Assembly: GCA_043228905.1 (NCBI GenBank)
Contig: JBHGNT010000020.1
Location: 620,001-684,000, forward strand
Length of the DNA: 64,000 nt
Reading direction: 5' to 3'
Source of the DNA: Azolla caroliniana
Taxonomy: Eukaryota; Plantae; Polypodiophyta
Shown here: in pieces, positions 1 to 12,970 of the stretch
Layout of the letters: every line of letters begins with the position of its first letter
Position numbering within the stretch: the stretch's first letter is position 1
Notes under the pieces: model-generated
Told to the model about the DNA's origin: nothing
Databases searched by the model: none
What the model saw: only the letters and a program-made list of their open reading frames with translations
Position numbers and translations under genes: made by a program

Positions 1-364
1 GCTACAAAATGGCGTTGAACCAATTTAGGTTTGGGATGAGTGGTAGATCCCTATTTATAAGTAATAGAGAACGCTCTAGAATATTCTAGGTTATCCTAGA
101 ATGTAGAGTAATTTAGAAGATCTCTAGAGTATTCTAGAAGGTTCTAGTGGTATAGAACACTCCAGAATATTCTAGGTCATTCTAGAATGTAGAGTAATAT
201 AGAATATTCCTATGATATTAGATTTCATATTCTAAAAACTATACATATAAGAATACTAATACAATGGTTAAGGATTTGACATGTGTACAACAAGGTCATG
301 GGTTCAAATCCTTTCGAGTCATAATGTGATCCTTTCGATACATGATGTGAGTGTTATCATGACA
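1..364 (-). mobile_element. Partial LTR, cut by the window edge, with internal TCTAGA/CTAGAA short repeats, inserted into a copia internal region
   Basis: Ends at ...gttatcatgaca (reverse complement TGTCATGATAAC, a TG terminus). TATA-like tatttataa at about 52-60. Repeated ttctaga units at 70-230. Copia coding remnant starts immediately after. Confidence 0.55.
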
Positions 365-2255
365 CCAGAAGGGGCCATGAACATAACCGAATCATGGGAC
401 TGAAACCTATGGCATGGCCAACTAGGCTATATGTCGCAATCTGGACTAGACTGGTTGATGGAGATTGGCTACATCCCGAAGCTCCAGATAAAGACGAACT
501 TATGCGAGCATTGTCATTATGGGAAACAGACCCAAAGCCAGCACTCTCTCAATACAAAATGGTACATCAGCCCCTAGAACTCATCCACACAGATATATGT
601 GGACCGATGCCTGAAAGGTCACTAGGAGGTTCCCGATACTTCATCACATTTGTAGATGATTGTACACAGAAGTTCTAGGCCTACTCGATTAGGTCGAAAG
701 ACGAAGCTCGAGCTAGGAGGTTCCCGATACTTCATCACATTTGTAGATGATTGTACACAGAAGTTCTAGGCCTACTCAATTAGGTCGAAAGACGAAGCGC
801 TCGAGCTCTTCACTTGGTGGATAGCTGAAGTGGAGAATCGATCGGGATATTGAGTGAAGACACTCCGATCTGATAAAGGAGGTGAATACACCTTGTGAGC
901 CGTCAAACAATAGTTGTCTGACAAAGGGATCTGCCACCAAAAGACCGTTCCCTACACACCCATGCAAAATGGAGTGGCGAAATGGATCAACCAGACGATC
1001 CAGGAGAGGGTGACGGTAATGCTTCAACACTCCAAACTAAAGTTGGAATTATGGGCCGACACTCCAGACGATCCAGGAGAGGTTCACTAGTCGAAATTGA
1101 TTCGACTAGAAGATTGACAAGAGCCAAAAAGGACAAAGTTGAACCGACCAAGGCATCAACCACTATGTCAATTGCTCCCAAAGAAGGGGAGAATGACTCG
1201 ACATCACTGAAATCCTATATCAGGGGTGAGTCATCCAGAAGGACTCCTGAGGACGGTTCAACTAATGTCGATCAGCCAATAGAGCCAATCGAAGGATATG
1301 AAGCAATCAACTTGGCACCCAGGAGATCCAAACGAGTCAGAAGGCCGACAGAGTTCTATCAACCAGGCCTCAACTACGTCAATTACACAAATGCAAGCGA
1401 ACCAAGCTCCTACAAGGAAGCAATCACCGCATCTCATGCCGAGACATGGCTACAAGCCATGAAATCTAAGATGGACTCGAATCATCAAAATCAAACATGG
1501 GAGCTAGTTGAACTACCAGCTCGAAGGAAGTCGTTGCCTTGCAATGGGTCTTCAGATACAAATATTTATCTGACTCAGAGAAGCCCAAATACAAAGCTCA
1601 GCTAGTAGCGAAAGGATTCAATCAAGAACATGGGGTCGAGTACGACGAGATATTCTCGCCAGTAGTCAAGATGACCACCCTTCGGCTCCTCCTTGGAGTC
1701 GTGGCGACAAAAGACGTAGAGCTTGAGTAGTTTGACATCAAGATGGCATTCCTACACGGAGACCTGGAAGAAGCCATCTACATGTCTCAAACGGTAGGCT
1801 TCACGGTGACGAGGGAGGAAAGTCACTACGTATGTTGACTAAAGGAAAGCCTTTACGACTTAAAACAAGCACTGAGGATGTGGTACCATAAGTTTGACTC
1901 CTACATCAGGCAGCTTGGTTACCGCCAGTCTGAGTCCGACCCATGTAAGTTCTAGATCTATCTGATCTTATACTTCGACGGCATGTTGATTTCATGGAGT
2001 AATCAAACCAAAATCGAAAAGCGAAAGTGGAGCCTTTATGAGAAATTTGCAATGAAGGAACTTGGACAAGCCCGACACATAATGGGCATGAGAATTGAGC
2101 GAAACTGGAAGAGAAAGAATATATGGTTGTCCTAGTCTAACTACATCTTAAAGGTGTTGAGGTGCTTCAATATGGAAAATTCGAAGCCAGCACCAACACT
2201 ACTTCCGACATTGATCCGACCAGCAGGCATAGACTCTCCGTCGACGCATAAGGAC
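365..2255 (+). pseudogene. Degenerate Ty1/copia pol (GAG-pre-integrase, integrase, RT)
   Basis: LWHGQLGYMS and CEHCHYGKQ; LELIHTDICGPM...GGSRYFITFVDD; TPMQNGVA; EPSSYKEA; YKAQLVAKGFNQEHGVEYDEIFSPVVKMTT; AFLHGDLEE. Many stops and frameshifts. Confidence 0.93.
622..803 (+). repeat. 91-bp tandem duplication inside the copia integrase
   Basis: ctaggaggttcccgatacttcatcacatttgtagatg... starts at both 622 and 713. Confidence 0.9.
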
Positions 2256-2689
2256 ACAATGTTTGTCATGATGTGAAGTTTGAACACTTTGAACCTGAGT
2301 ATTGAATTGTATTGCAATCTGAATTCGTTACATTGTTACGAATCGTACTGAATTCTCAGTAGAATAATTGTGTCGATGGTAATCATTGTGTATGACTTTA
2401 CACTAACAAAAGTTGGAATTGTGTTTATTTATGCAGTATTCTTTTTATTCAATTTGCAACATTCTCATGCACTGATGTAAACAAAATTCAATTTTATTGT
2501 CTATAATAAACAACTTTCAGTTTTACTATCTACAATAAACAGCTTTCAGTTTTATTACTCTCAAGTAAATCCTGTACAAATTCAGAGAACATACAATATG
2601 GCCTACAAATTTGAACATGTGAAAACAACCTCAAAATAAGGGATTGATTTTATCTATGATGTGAATGTCACTAAATTACATTGTTATAA

Positions 2690-3225
2690 TACACCATTGG
2701 CAAGGTCTACGAATTTCCAATTAACTATTAAGCTCTTGGCTGTCAGTGGAACTTCTCTACATATGTGCTCTATATACCAAGCTCAGTATGGAGTTCACAA
2801 CCATGCGTGAAGTTGGTTGCTAAGAGTTTCCACCAAGTAGTTGTTTGGCATCTCATCGGGCACAATGAGACAACATCCGTGAAGGTTGAGGAAATGTCGG
2901 TAATGTTCTCTATCCACAATTAAGGTATTATCGGCATTATATTCTAGCCACAATGTCCAAAAATTAGAAAGTTGCTTGAACCTTACAATATCCTTCTACT
3001 CATAGTTGTCCCTTGTCCATTGACCCTTAAACTGGTGTTTCCACCTTGGGAATATTCTCTCCACACACTTCCAGACTTCATTACGTGGTTTATCACTCCA
3101 AATAAACAAATCAAACCATTGCATAGCCCATGACAGAAATTGATTCTCATCCCTCCTTGTTGTCATGAATCACACACTCATGAGGACTTTATAAGGTTCC
3201 AAAATCAAAGCTCTTTTTTCTTCTT
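2690..3225 (-). pseudogene. Degenerate FCP1-homology (NIF/HAD-like) phosphatase domain
   Basis: Manual in-frame translation: KRALILEPYKVL..RRDENQFLSWAMQWFDLFIWSDKPRNEV..FKQLSNFW..YNADNTLIVDREHYRHFLN. This follows the NIF pattern (LLVLDL / KRP..FL..FEV.IWS / YN.SNTLLIDD.PYK..LNP). It has internal stops and no DxDxT motif. Confidence 0.6.
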
Positions 3226-3892
3226 CTAACGGTTGTGGTTTCCATTCCTACAACTAAGCATCCATTATACCAACCCTTGGTAGCACTCAATCAATTTCAA
3301 TCAACTCAAGTTCTATCAGAAAAATTGGTGTCCTTTTCCTCTTCACACCCTTGGTCAGTTGTGTCTTTGGGTGTGGCTTCACCCTTTTGGCTCTTGCACA
3401 GTCGAGGCCCTTTGCTTGCTTTCTATTTGTCATCCCGGCATCACCTCTGTGATCGTAGATACTTCTGTGGTCGAGATGAGCCCAATTGTATTGGTTGTTC
3501 CATCTACCTACAAAAGTAGATCATCTCTGCAACATGCTTGACTAGATCATTTGCGTCAGTTGCTACATCTACTATCAAGATGACACAGTAACATCATCAG
3601 TTTCCACACTACCATCGGCCTTTGCTACCAGAGATTCATACCCTTTAGTCTCTGCAACATTAGAAAAAACCAACACATTCGCACTCACAAAGTAGCCAAC
3701 AGTCTTACAAAACAACATTATGAACATAAATTATTCCGCAACAAAAACATATTGTTATCTCAATATTCATCGTAGAGTTCCATTACATGATGGGGATCAA
3801 GCAATAACAAATAATGGGTTTACGTGTCCATACATCACTTATACATTAATTTTCGCTTTCACTAATAGTTGCATATCTATTCCACTAATCAT

Positions 3893-4679
3893 TGTCTCCC
3901 TCACCCCTTGACCAAGTAACTGGTCTTGTCCCTAATCGAACCCCCTTCATCATCCTTTTTCTAGATGGTTGCCCATATTGCCTTGCTTTATTCTCGTCCC
4001 CTTGTACATTTGGCCGTCTTGTGACGAGGGAGCGTTTCGGGCATGCCCATGCATCTCTCCTCCTCATAAAAGCGTACGAGCATTTGTGCATGTGTTTTGT
4101 GTCTTCCTTGTACGTCCGGTCGTCTTGTGACAAGGGAGCGTTTCGGGCATGCCCATGCACCTCTCCTCCTCACTCATAAGGACGTATGGGCACTCGTGTG
4201 TGAGTTTGTGTATTCCTTGTACGTTCAGTCGTCTTGTGACGAGGGAGCGCTTGGGCATGCCCATGCACCTCTCCTCCTCATAAAGACATACAAGCATTCG
4301 TGTTTGTATTCTCGTCCCTTTCCTTGTAGTTTTGGCGTCTTGTGACGAGGGATCGTTCAAGGGTGCCCATGCACCTCGCCTCCTCATAAAGATGTACGAG
4401 CATTCGTGAATGTGTGTTCTTCCTCCCCTTGTTCGTTCATCTTGCGTGCTCGTCTTTGCTTGTACCCGTTTGATCACTTGGCTCGTGCGGTGATCTCGAA
4501 AACTCGACGAGTCGTGATCAACGAAAACCACCGGCCCCACAAAAGGGGCAACGAGCCGTTGCTCAAGAAGTAGTCTTGTCGTCAAGAAAACCTTAGTTCT
4601 TATCTATCCCTTCGTACTCCCTAGTCCAAGACCCCCGTGGTCGCGCCCAAGTAACACACGTGCGTGAAACTTCACGACA
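3893..4679 (+). mobile_element. Solo-LTR-like copy related to the tRNA-Trp gypsy family at 42-64 kb
   Basis: 3' end ctagtccaagacccccgtggtc...gtgaaacttcacgaca matches the LTR end of element B (51402-51462). The 5' start (tgtc, 3893) is uncertain. Confidence 0.7.
4015..4420 (+). repeat. About 4 tandem units of about 105-110 bp inside the LTR
   Basis: gtcttgtgacgagggagcgtttcgggcatgcccatgcacctctcctcctcataa recurs at about 4017, 4122, 4231 and 4337. Contains the palindrome GGGCATGCCC. Confidence 0.9.
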
Positions 4680-5049
4680 CCGCGTTAGCAGCTTCTTGTG
4701 CTACCTGTTCACGAAGACTGGGACTTGTTGCAACATCATCATGTTTTGGGTTTGGTAGGGTTGATTCAAGGTTCTAGGACTCGAAGAATTGTTGCATCAA
4801 GTGTTCAAAAACATCGTTATTATGCACCTCAGATTTACACGTTGGGTTGCCTATTTCTTTTTTTTTCATAGACTTGCCCAATTCACTACAATCTTCCATC
4901 AGAATAGGTTGAAGCTCATCTGAAGGAGATGACTGGGCAGGACTCTTACTCTCAATCACATTGCCAAATAGCTCATCGTCCATTGCAGTGTCATCTCGAC
5001 TGGACACATCATCCACGTGAGTTATCCCCGAGGTTCTACAACAACATGT

Positions 5050-5545
5050 ATCAGTTAATTAGTGCTTGGTAACGGAAAAGCTATAGCTATTTAGCTACTA
5101 CTCTTGTACATCTATAACTAATTAGCTACTTTTTTTACATATATAGCTAATTAGCTACTATTCTTGTATATCTTTAGCTAATTAGCTACTACTCTTGTAC
5201 ATCTTTAGCTAATTAGCTACTACTCTTGTACATCTTTAACTAATTAGCTCTCACTCTTTAGCTATTTAGCTACAACTAAAGCTAATTAGCCACCACACTT
5301 TCCACTGCCTTAGCTATTTAACTTCTACTCTTCCTAGTGTTAGCTAATTAGCTACCACTAATTAGCTAAGTGTTAGCTAAGTAGCTATCACTTGCAAGGC
5401 ATAGTTAATTAGCTACAAGTCTTTAGCTATCTACCTACTACAGTTTCCAGTCGTTAGCTTTTTAGCTGTTACTTTTCCCAATCTTAGCTTATTAGCTACT
5501 ACTCTCCTTAGGCCTTAGCAAATTAGCAACAACTATTAACTATTA
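5050..5545. repeat. Degenerate minisatellite built on TAGCTAATTAGCTA palindromic units
   Basis: tttagctaattagctactactcttgtacatc repeated with a period of about 31 bp, decaying rightwards. Confidence 0.85.
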
Positions 5546-5977
5546 CACTTCAGCAATGTAGGGAGCCAAATAGAAAACTCTCATCAAGGAGAGTTATATT
5601 GCAATCCCCCAAACACACTGCAGTAGTGTCACAAGCATATGCAAAACATGCGATATGATGTGTATGAGGTGTACCAGCATAGTAGGTGTTTTGTCCTTAA
5701 TGGCAAAGCCGCAAGTGATGCATGTTGCTTGAACACTCAAATTATGTACTCTTGTCTCCAACTGCTACCTTTGGAAAGGGAGCAAGAGCAAGAATGTTGA
5801 GGTCGTTTTCTTGTCTACGCCTTACCATCCCCTCCACAAATTGTAGTTGCTTTTTAAGGCAACTAACCAACCGTTCTTGATTTTTGTATTGTTCCTAGAA
5901 TGTGTCGAAAATTTTACTGCTATATCATTCAAAGAAATCTCAAGAATGAACAACAATGATTAATTACATTTACTTAC

Positions 5978-6621
5978 TTGGAGGTTTGGAACATTGTTTC
6001 TAGCGACATGTTTGACCCCTAGGAGATCCAGGTTCATTGTAAGAACCTGGATCTCCATCTCTAGCTATATTTTCCGCTCAGGATCCAGCGGCCCCTCCTT
6101 TTCGAGCTCACGTTGGGCAACCTTAGTATTGTTCCTAATTGTTGTCATTGCCAACATGACCTTGCTTTCATGGCAGTAGTCAATGTTGCTTTCTCTAAGG
6201 CAGACTTTGTTGCTTCCAATGTCTCACAGGCTTCATGAACATTTTTCAGCATATCACTAATCAATGTCTCACCTTTATCATTGACATTTGCTTTCATGTT
6301 GTTTCTGTGTGGTGTCTCCTTGTGGATTTGTTGAGAGTCTGCAGTCGCATCATCAACTACCATGCTCCACAATCGCGCCATCTTTTGTTGCAGGTTCCCC
6401 ATCTTGCGACATCGTTCTATCGATGCCTCACCTGCAAGAGCCCATGCTACCATGTACAATTCAGGGTTAGTTGCTTCCTTCGTTGTTTGGCAATACTTGT
6501 AGGCGAATGCAACTAACAATTCGTTGTTGACCGAGATCTCTTGATGTACTTTTTGGTGAAGCCTCATGTAGTCCTCATACAACTCCGGTCGTACATGCTT
6601 CAGCTTTACCTTGCCTTTCAC
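5978..6621 (-). pseudogene. Exon-like coding remnant of the transposon accessory gene (coiled-coil-like, unknown function)
   Basis: ORF 6145-6621 (KGKVKLKHVRPELYEDYMRLHQKVHQE...) continues by frameshift towards a GTAAGT donor near 5978. No family recognised. Confidence 0.35.
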
Positions 6622-8049
6622 CTTGGTTACTTTATAGACTAATCAATTTACCTGTTAGCACTATAGCCCGTCAATACCCTCTAGTGACAAGCCATTTATC
6701 TAGTTGAAATCCTCCTTTGTCTCGCAAAACTTTGCAAAGTTCAACACCCTAGGATAGGGAGGAACGAGCCACCTGAATTCAAAAAGCAACACATGTTACC
6801 TCTACTGGTACATGTGTAACTCAATCACATCTTCCCACAACCAAAATTCAACCCTAATAATTTAGAATCATTCTAGAATCGATATTTAGAATCTAATTCT
6901 AAACAGATATTTAAGCCTACTAAAATCATAAATGACCCAAATATGCATAGATTCTAATTCTACCAAAATCAAACATAGATTCTAATTCTGCCAAAATCAG
7001 ATATGCATGTTATTTGGTTAGAATGTTTGTTTACAATAGATATTTATTTCTACCATACCCACAAACTTTTTGTTAGAATGTCTATCTGCGACCCTACTAT
7101 GAAATTTGTTGACGGACACTCTAATCAAATTTTTGTTGCTCAAAATCAACCCTAATCAGAAATTTCTAGTTAGAATGTCTATATGCAACCCTACTATGAA
7201 ATTTACAGATATAAACATTCTAATTAGAAATTTTTTCCTTTCAAAATCAACCCTAATCAAAAATTAATACAACCTGATTCTATCACGTCAAACCCTATTC
7301 GCATCGATTTCAGAAATAAACAAAAACTCGCCTGTTGGACTACAATTTCCTCAACATCCTCGTTTGAGACTCCAACGACTTCGCCCTAAACATAAACATA
7401 TAAATCTATAATAAGACAAAACTTTACAAAAAAGAAATAAACATGTTATATATAAGTATATAAGTTGTATTTGATGCATACCTTGATGAACAAGGAATTG
7501 GTTGTGTGTTGGTGGTCTGATGGCACAATGTTGATTTTTGAGATTGTGTGTTGTTGCAAGTGCTTTGTCTACGTTTGTAATTAGTGCTCCATTCTATTTG
7601 AATTTGGGTGTAAAACTCAAGATTGGAAGGACTTTGGTGACATTGAAGTCGAGTTTACATGAGTGCACTATTCCCCATGTTCCACTACGTGTGTGATCCC
7701 AAATTCAAAATTTTGAGTGTATTCCCATATTTCCCTCACTATAATAAATCATATGTATTTAATTAATAAATCAAGAAATTTTCATAAATGATCCTTAAGA
7801 TTTGCCCACAAAAATTTAGCTAAACAAATAACTAAATAGTTATGGCCATTTTAGCTACATGTTAGCTATAATAGTGTTTCCATTCCCATGCTTTCACCCA
7901 TATCCCTGAGATATTTTATACAATGTAAAACTAATGCCGATGAATGTACATTTTTTTGTTCGTGGCTAAAATTATACATCAACATCAAAGGATTATATCC
8001 AATCGATGTATGTGGAGAAAATTCCATTATATGAAGTTATTGTACATAT

Positions 8050-10264
8050 AAGCTTGAAGCATACTCTCATTACTTTGAACGCTTATTCGACAAGAACATT
8101 AGACTAAGGTTGATTGATAAAAAGCCTATCCTCAAGGTTGTTTCTAGTGTTCCATAACACAATTTTTAACCAAAAATGAATTAGTAACTGGAAATCTTCG
8201 TCACTCATATTTGTTGATGGCTTGGCAATGGTGACATTTAGTCACATTAATCAGTAAGATCAAGTGAAAAAGAAATGAGTAGAGATGATAACAATTGTAT
8301 GATGTGTTGTCAAATTGTTGTTGTTAGCCTCTTCTACCCACTCCTTGGCTGCTTTTCGTACTGCCTCCTACACTTCCCACTCCGATTGTTTAGCTTTATT
8401 GCAAGTGGTGGCTTTTTGTACTTCAGCCACAACCATATTTACTACCGGTGCTTTCCCTTTATCCTTTGTCGGGCATTGATTAGCGTAATGACTCCTATTT
8501 TTTATCTTGGACACAAATCTTTTCGATACGATTCAATAGATCGTTATGAATGTGGAAGGTTCACTTCCAGGATGCATTGTTTGATAGCATCTATAATAGA
8601 TTCGGCTCTTGCCCAAGATTTTAAAAGAAATGAAAATCATCAAGGTACTTTCCTCAAGGTGATCATAATGATCGGATTGTTAATGAAGTTAATCAAGTTC
8701 ATCTCATGAATATGACTTAAAACATTAATGATTGTATTGACAAATCATTTTAATGGAAAATCAAAGTTCTTAATGAGCTTCAACCCAGAAGGAACTATTC
8801 CTCATAGAATATTTCAAGGACTATCCAATCTGTAATTACCCAAAAATGATTTCCATATAGGTAGTATCTCCCTATTCGCTTGTGCATTCTAAATCTCAAA
8901 TAGTTATGTTCGTGAACTATGAATTGATATTGAGTAGAAGAAAATTTTCTACCACAAATGAATCAAGTAATTTAGGTAAAGGAGATTATCACACATGTTC
9001 TAGAGGTATATTTAATGCATATTGTTAACTAAGAAATGAACAAAGTGTTGGAAATGATAAGGGATATATGTACTAGAATTTCACTTTTTCTCTATGAGAA
9101 AGATGAGCTTGTACCCATTACTCATATGCCTAAACTACGTAACTAATGTCAAAGCATCATTTGTGAAAATTTGGAATTTGATTGTACACCAAGGCTTTAT
9201 CTAAATGGCGACAATTGATATATAGTCGCCAGAGTCCATCATATTTCACCTCTAATAAGACTAACATACCCCATAATGTCATACTGTAATGAATGTATCC
9301 ATTCTTAATAATGCTCAAGTTGAGGATCAATCTCATGTTCTTTGGATTGACCATGTCAATACAAAGGAATACAAATAGGTGTCACACCATGTATGAGATC
9401 AAAATAATGGTTAATGTTACATGATGTAGGAGGCCTTGTTTCGATAGGTGTCATACCATAACAACCCTTGGGTTATGTATGAGATGTTTTGGTTAGAGGT
9501 TGTGGCATTGCTCTAAAATATGGCCCTTCTTTTTTTAGATACACATGGAAGAGTAAGTTGCTTAAAGTCATTTAAAATATTTCATTGGGTGTCTTTTGTT
9601 TCCCAATGAATTGTGACTAATTAGGAATACACGCCAAGGGTTGTCATGGTCCTCCCTTAAACTATGTTTCTAACAAAGTAAAATCTCAACTTCGTCTTCA
9701 AGGTTTTCTAAGATCCTTATTGTGCACAAGGAAATTATAGTCCAAGTTTGAATGCAATATAATGGACAAGCAATTTTGAAAGTATGAAAATCTGGATGGA
9801 GCCCCACGACCACCACAATTCCCAAATATACATATACATACATACATGATGAACCATGAGACCACGACATCCTAAAACATTAGCACCATCCCTTTTGCTT
9901 ATATGGCAGATGCCACCAACACCCTCGTTTCATGGTGGGATTCGCATCAATGCCACTAGAGCACCATCTTTGCGTCTCATTGACATAAATGTCACATTGG
10001 CGCACACGCATATGGGTATAAACAAATAAACATGGTCGTCAACGACTCATACATTGACAATGAATGAACACAACATGAACATGAGATAAAAATAAACTTT
10101 AGCTAAAACATTACAAAGAAAGAATGGAAGGTGATCAAAATAGAAGAAAGAGTGAAAGAGAGTTTAGTTTCTTGCTCCTAGATTGAGAAGATGAACTCCA
10201 TCATTTGCTCTTGGATTAGAAAAAAAAACAATCACAAGAAAACATTAATCTTTCTCTCATACCA
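8050..10264 (-). mobile_element. Highly decayed Ty3/gypsy internal region with a Met-i type PBS
   Basis: ORF 9157-9354 YDGLWRLYINCRHLDKAL resembles the RT motif KDGSWRLCIDYRALNK. ctctcatacca at 10254-10264 is the reverse complement of a TGGTATCAGAG-like PBS, next to a tgtaag LTR end. Confidence 0.6.
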
Positions 10265-10508
10265 ATTGTAAGAAACTCATTAACATTAAAGAGATAAATT
10301 TAAGAAGGCAATAAGAAAAAAATCACGCTAAACCACCCCTTAGAAAAGGTGAGAGATGGATCTAAATCCATGTCAACAAATGGATAAGTCTTAGAGAATG
10401 CAAAAATAACAACATTTTTTATCGACAAATGCAGCTCTAGCCCCCATGTTGTTCATACAACCATCAATGTGAATGCAATCAAGGTGGCATCACCAGTTGA
10501 CCTACCTT

Positions 10509-10590
10509 TGTTGAGAATCAAGCTCAACCTAGTCTAGTTTGTGAACACACCTTTTGAGAATCTATGAGCAGTCAAAGGTCGAAGGTCACC
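10509..10590 (+). mobile_element. Fragment of a copia LTR (same family as 32292-32743 and 34610-35044)
   Basis: tgttgagaatcaagctcaacctag...gagaatctatgagcagtcaaaggtc matches the sequence from 32292 onward. Confidence 0.8.
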
Positions 10591-10694
10591 AATTGACCTA
10601 CCATCTAACCAAAACAACATATGGTCATCCCCCACCAACTATCAAGTCTCCATCATGTTTCTTTTGATGTTGTGGTTATTGTTGCACCTACACC

Positions 10695-11325
10695 TAGCAA
10701 TGGGCCTTGTTCGGTTTCTTGGCCTTGAAACCAAACCAAACCATTTATTTATAATACAAATCAAACCAAATTGTTTAACATTTGTGAAGCTAGTTAAACC
10801 AAACTGGTTTATCATAAATCAAAACCAAACCAAACCATTTTTTTATTGATATTGATCATCATACTTATTATAAATTTGTGTGAGAAAATCATCGTAAATT
10901 TGAACATCATACTTATCATAAATTTGGTCATCATACTTATTATAAATTTGATCATCACACTTATCATAAATTTGATCATCGTACTTATCATATTTGATCA
11001 TCATAAATGAAAAGGAGACCCTACATATAATGCATATAAAATTTAATAAGTTAAAACTAGGGTTTAAAATTAAAAGTTGAAAAGTTAAAGCCTATAGGGA
11101 AAATTTAGGAGTATTTTTTAACCTACAAACCTTTAAACCTTTAAACCGAACCACATAAACTAAAATCGATATGCCAATAAATCGTTAAACCATGAAATTC
11201 AAAACCAAACCGAATAGTAACATTTGAAACCAAACCAAACTGTTTATTTATCTTTGAACCAATAAACCATTAAGCCACGGCTTAACGATTCGGTTCGGTT
11301 TGTGCCGAAACCGGGCCCATTGCTA
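10695..11325. mobile_element. Non-autonomous hAT element (MITE-like)
   Basis: 12-bp TIR TAGCAATGGGCC / GGCCCATTGCTA. 8-bp TSD CCTACACC (10687-10694) vs CCTACATC (11326-11333). AAACC/AAACCG subterminal repeats. Internal tandem repeat of about 24 bp (tttgatcatcatacttatcataaa) at 10850-11010. Confidence 0.88.
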
Positions 11326-11399
11326 CCTACATCCTTGTTACCTTGTGACCATGCACAACATCAACACCTCAACCAATGATGAATTTCATCAACCTATCA

Positions 11400-12970
11400 T
11401 TCAGACCTCTCCTATCTCGGATGAGGGTGATCAATGGCTATGATGTGCTAGATGTCGTTATTAATAGCAAGCACGAGGTATATCTAACCAGTGAATAGAC
11501 CTAGTGAAAGTTGGGACGCGCTTCTTGCGAGAAGTGCTTGTTTTGGTTCCACATGGTGATTATGTCAAGTTGGTTCAACTATAAACCTCTCCCCCATGAT
11601 GATAGCTATCTACCCCACATTACAATGGCCATCCTTAATTTCCCAAAAGCCAAAGCTAACCCCCTATTCTTGGGTTGACCATGGCTACAAATGGCCTGGA
11701 TCGAGCACGATTATTAGAGTCCAAACCACAATTTCCAACCAAGGAAGATCGAGGTCAAGCTCCTGATAATGACAAGATTGCTTTGAAATAGAACCTTCAT
11801 TCCTCTACACATTCCTTTGCACATTGGCTACATGAATGTGTTAGAAACCCTAACCAATGAGAACCTCAAAGCATACATATCCAACTATCCAAAGGTCCTT
11901 TCTCTTTTGGAGATCAACATCCTCTTCATGGTCTAGCCTTATCGATACCTTTCCTCACAATTGCATTGGGCTACTCACCAATATCATCAATTGTGTACCT
12001 CACCTCGCGAAAAGCCCATATTTGTGACAAAGTTGGCTCATTAGGAGAAAATAGGATTTTATTAGATTAAGAAATCCTAGGGAAGGGGACTCTATTTCAT
12101 GAGGCAATAGAAGGAAACGCATATATCATTAAACACTCTAGTCTTTCCTTCCTTTCATTGTGTCACATTGTGTTCTGAAACTCATATAACCTCCTCATCA
12201 ATAGCCATGTGAACATGCCACTTCAGCTTTTTCCACACCTAAACCAAGTTTAATTCAGAGTAAAGACCAAGGAGAAGGCATGTTTTCGCTAGATGTGAAT
12301 GGATTGTCATCATGGGTTGTGGATCTTTTGATTTTATGTTGGAGGGTCTCATCTTGTGAATTGATCTCAATTGTCACCTCTTAATCAAAACATTATTTGC
12401 CATAGAGAGAAGTTTGTCTTCTTCAAACTAATGGATCTCCAATCCTCCTGAAGTTTTACGTATACTGAATCAAATTCTCTACACTCTATTATGGTCTAAA
12501 CATTATTATCCCACAAAGTGAACCTCATAAACTAGATCTAAAATGATGACACCTGGAAGAATCACATAGAAGACATTTGAATCATCAAGAGTAAGTGGTG
12601 GAAACCTAAAGATGGAGAGGATCAGGGTACTCACAAGTGATGTTATGGTCAAAGAACAATGGCCTAAATATGTCTGTTTTAATGGTCAAAGATTACTTCA
12701 TGGGCTTCCGGGAGGAAGAGGATGGACTCATAAAGAGACCAAGGCACATGTTCAAGATACTTGACCTGGGCAACTTTCATATTAACGTATGAATATGTTT
12801 TCCTTTTGATGAGTTGAACAACATTTCCAAAACATGGGATGCGTGCAAGAACTTAGTATCAATCCGAGGGAGTTTATCGAGGAAGATTTATTGAAGTCTC
12901 ATGATTTGGAAATATGTCAATGTACTTATGTATAACCAATGGTGAAGTCTAAACTTATATGTGGTGGGAA
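11400..12970 (+). pseudogene. Very degenerate Ty3/gypsy protease and start of RT (Athila/Tat-like)
   Basis: PLFLG*PWLQMAWIEHDY at about 11660-11720 resembles the protease C-terminal LLGRPWL..AK..HDW. Weaker RT-start-like fragments at 12750-12960. Confidence 0.5.

Larger units (their letters stand above)
2260..7876 (-). mobile_element. Putative CACTA-like DNA transposon remnant (right terminus at 7876, left end not found) carrying a spliced accessory gene
   Basis: ...gctataatagtg at 7865-7876 is CACTA(T) on the minus strand. It is preceded by TTAGCTA repeats (7815-7870) that also form an internal array at 5050-5540. Minus-strand exon-like ORFs with GT/AG-like boundaries (for example a GTAAGT donor near 5978). 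Confidence 0.45.

Noticed and set aside
2401-2410. CACTA at 2401 as the left terminus of the 2.3-7.9 kb element
   Set aside because: Only 5 bp match the right end and the 3-bp flanks differ (TTA vs TTT).
8275-8709. 144-aa + strand ORF
   Set aside because: Antisense to decayed gypsy sequence, with no recognisable domain.
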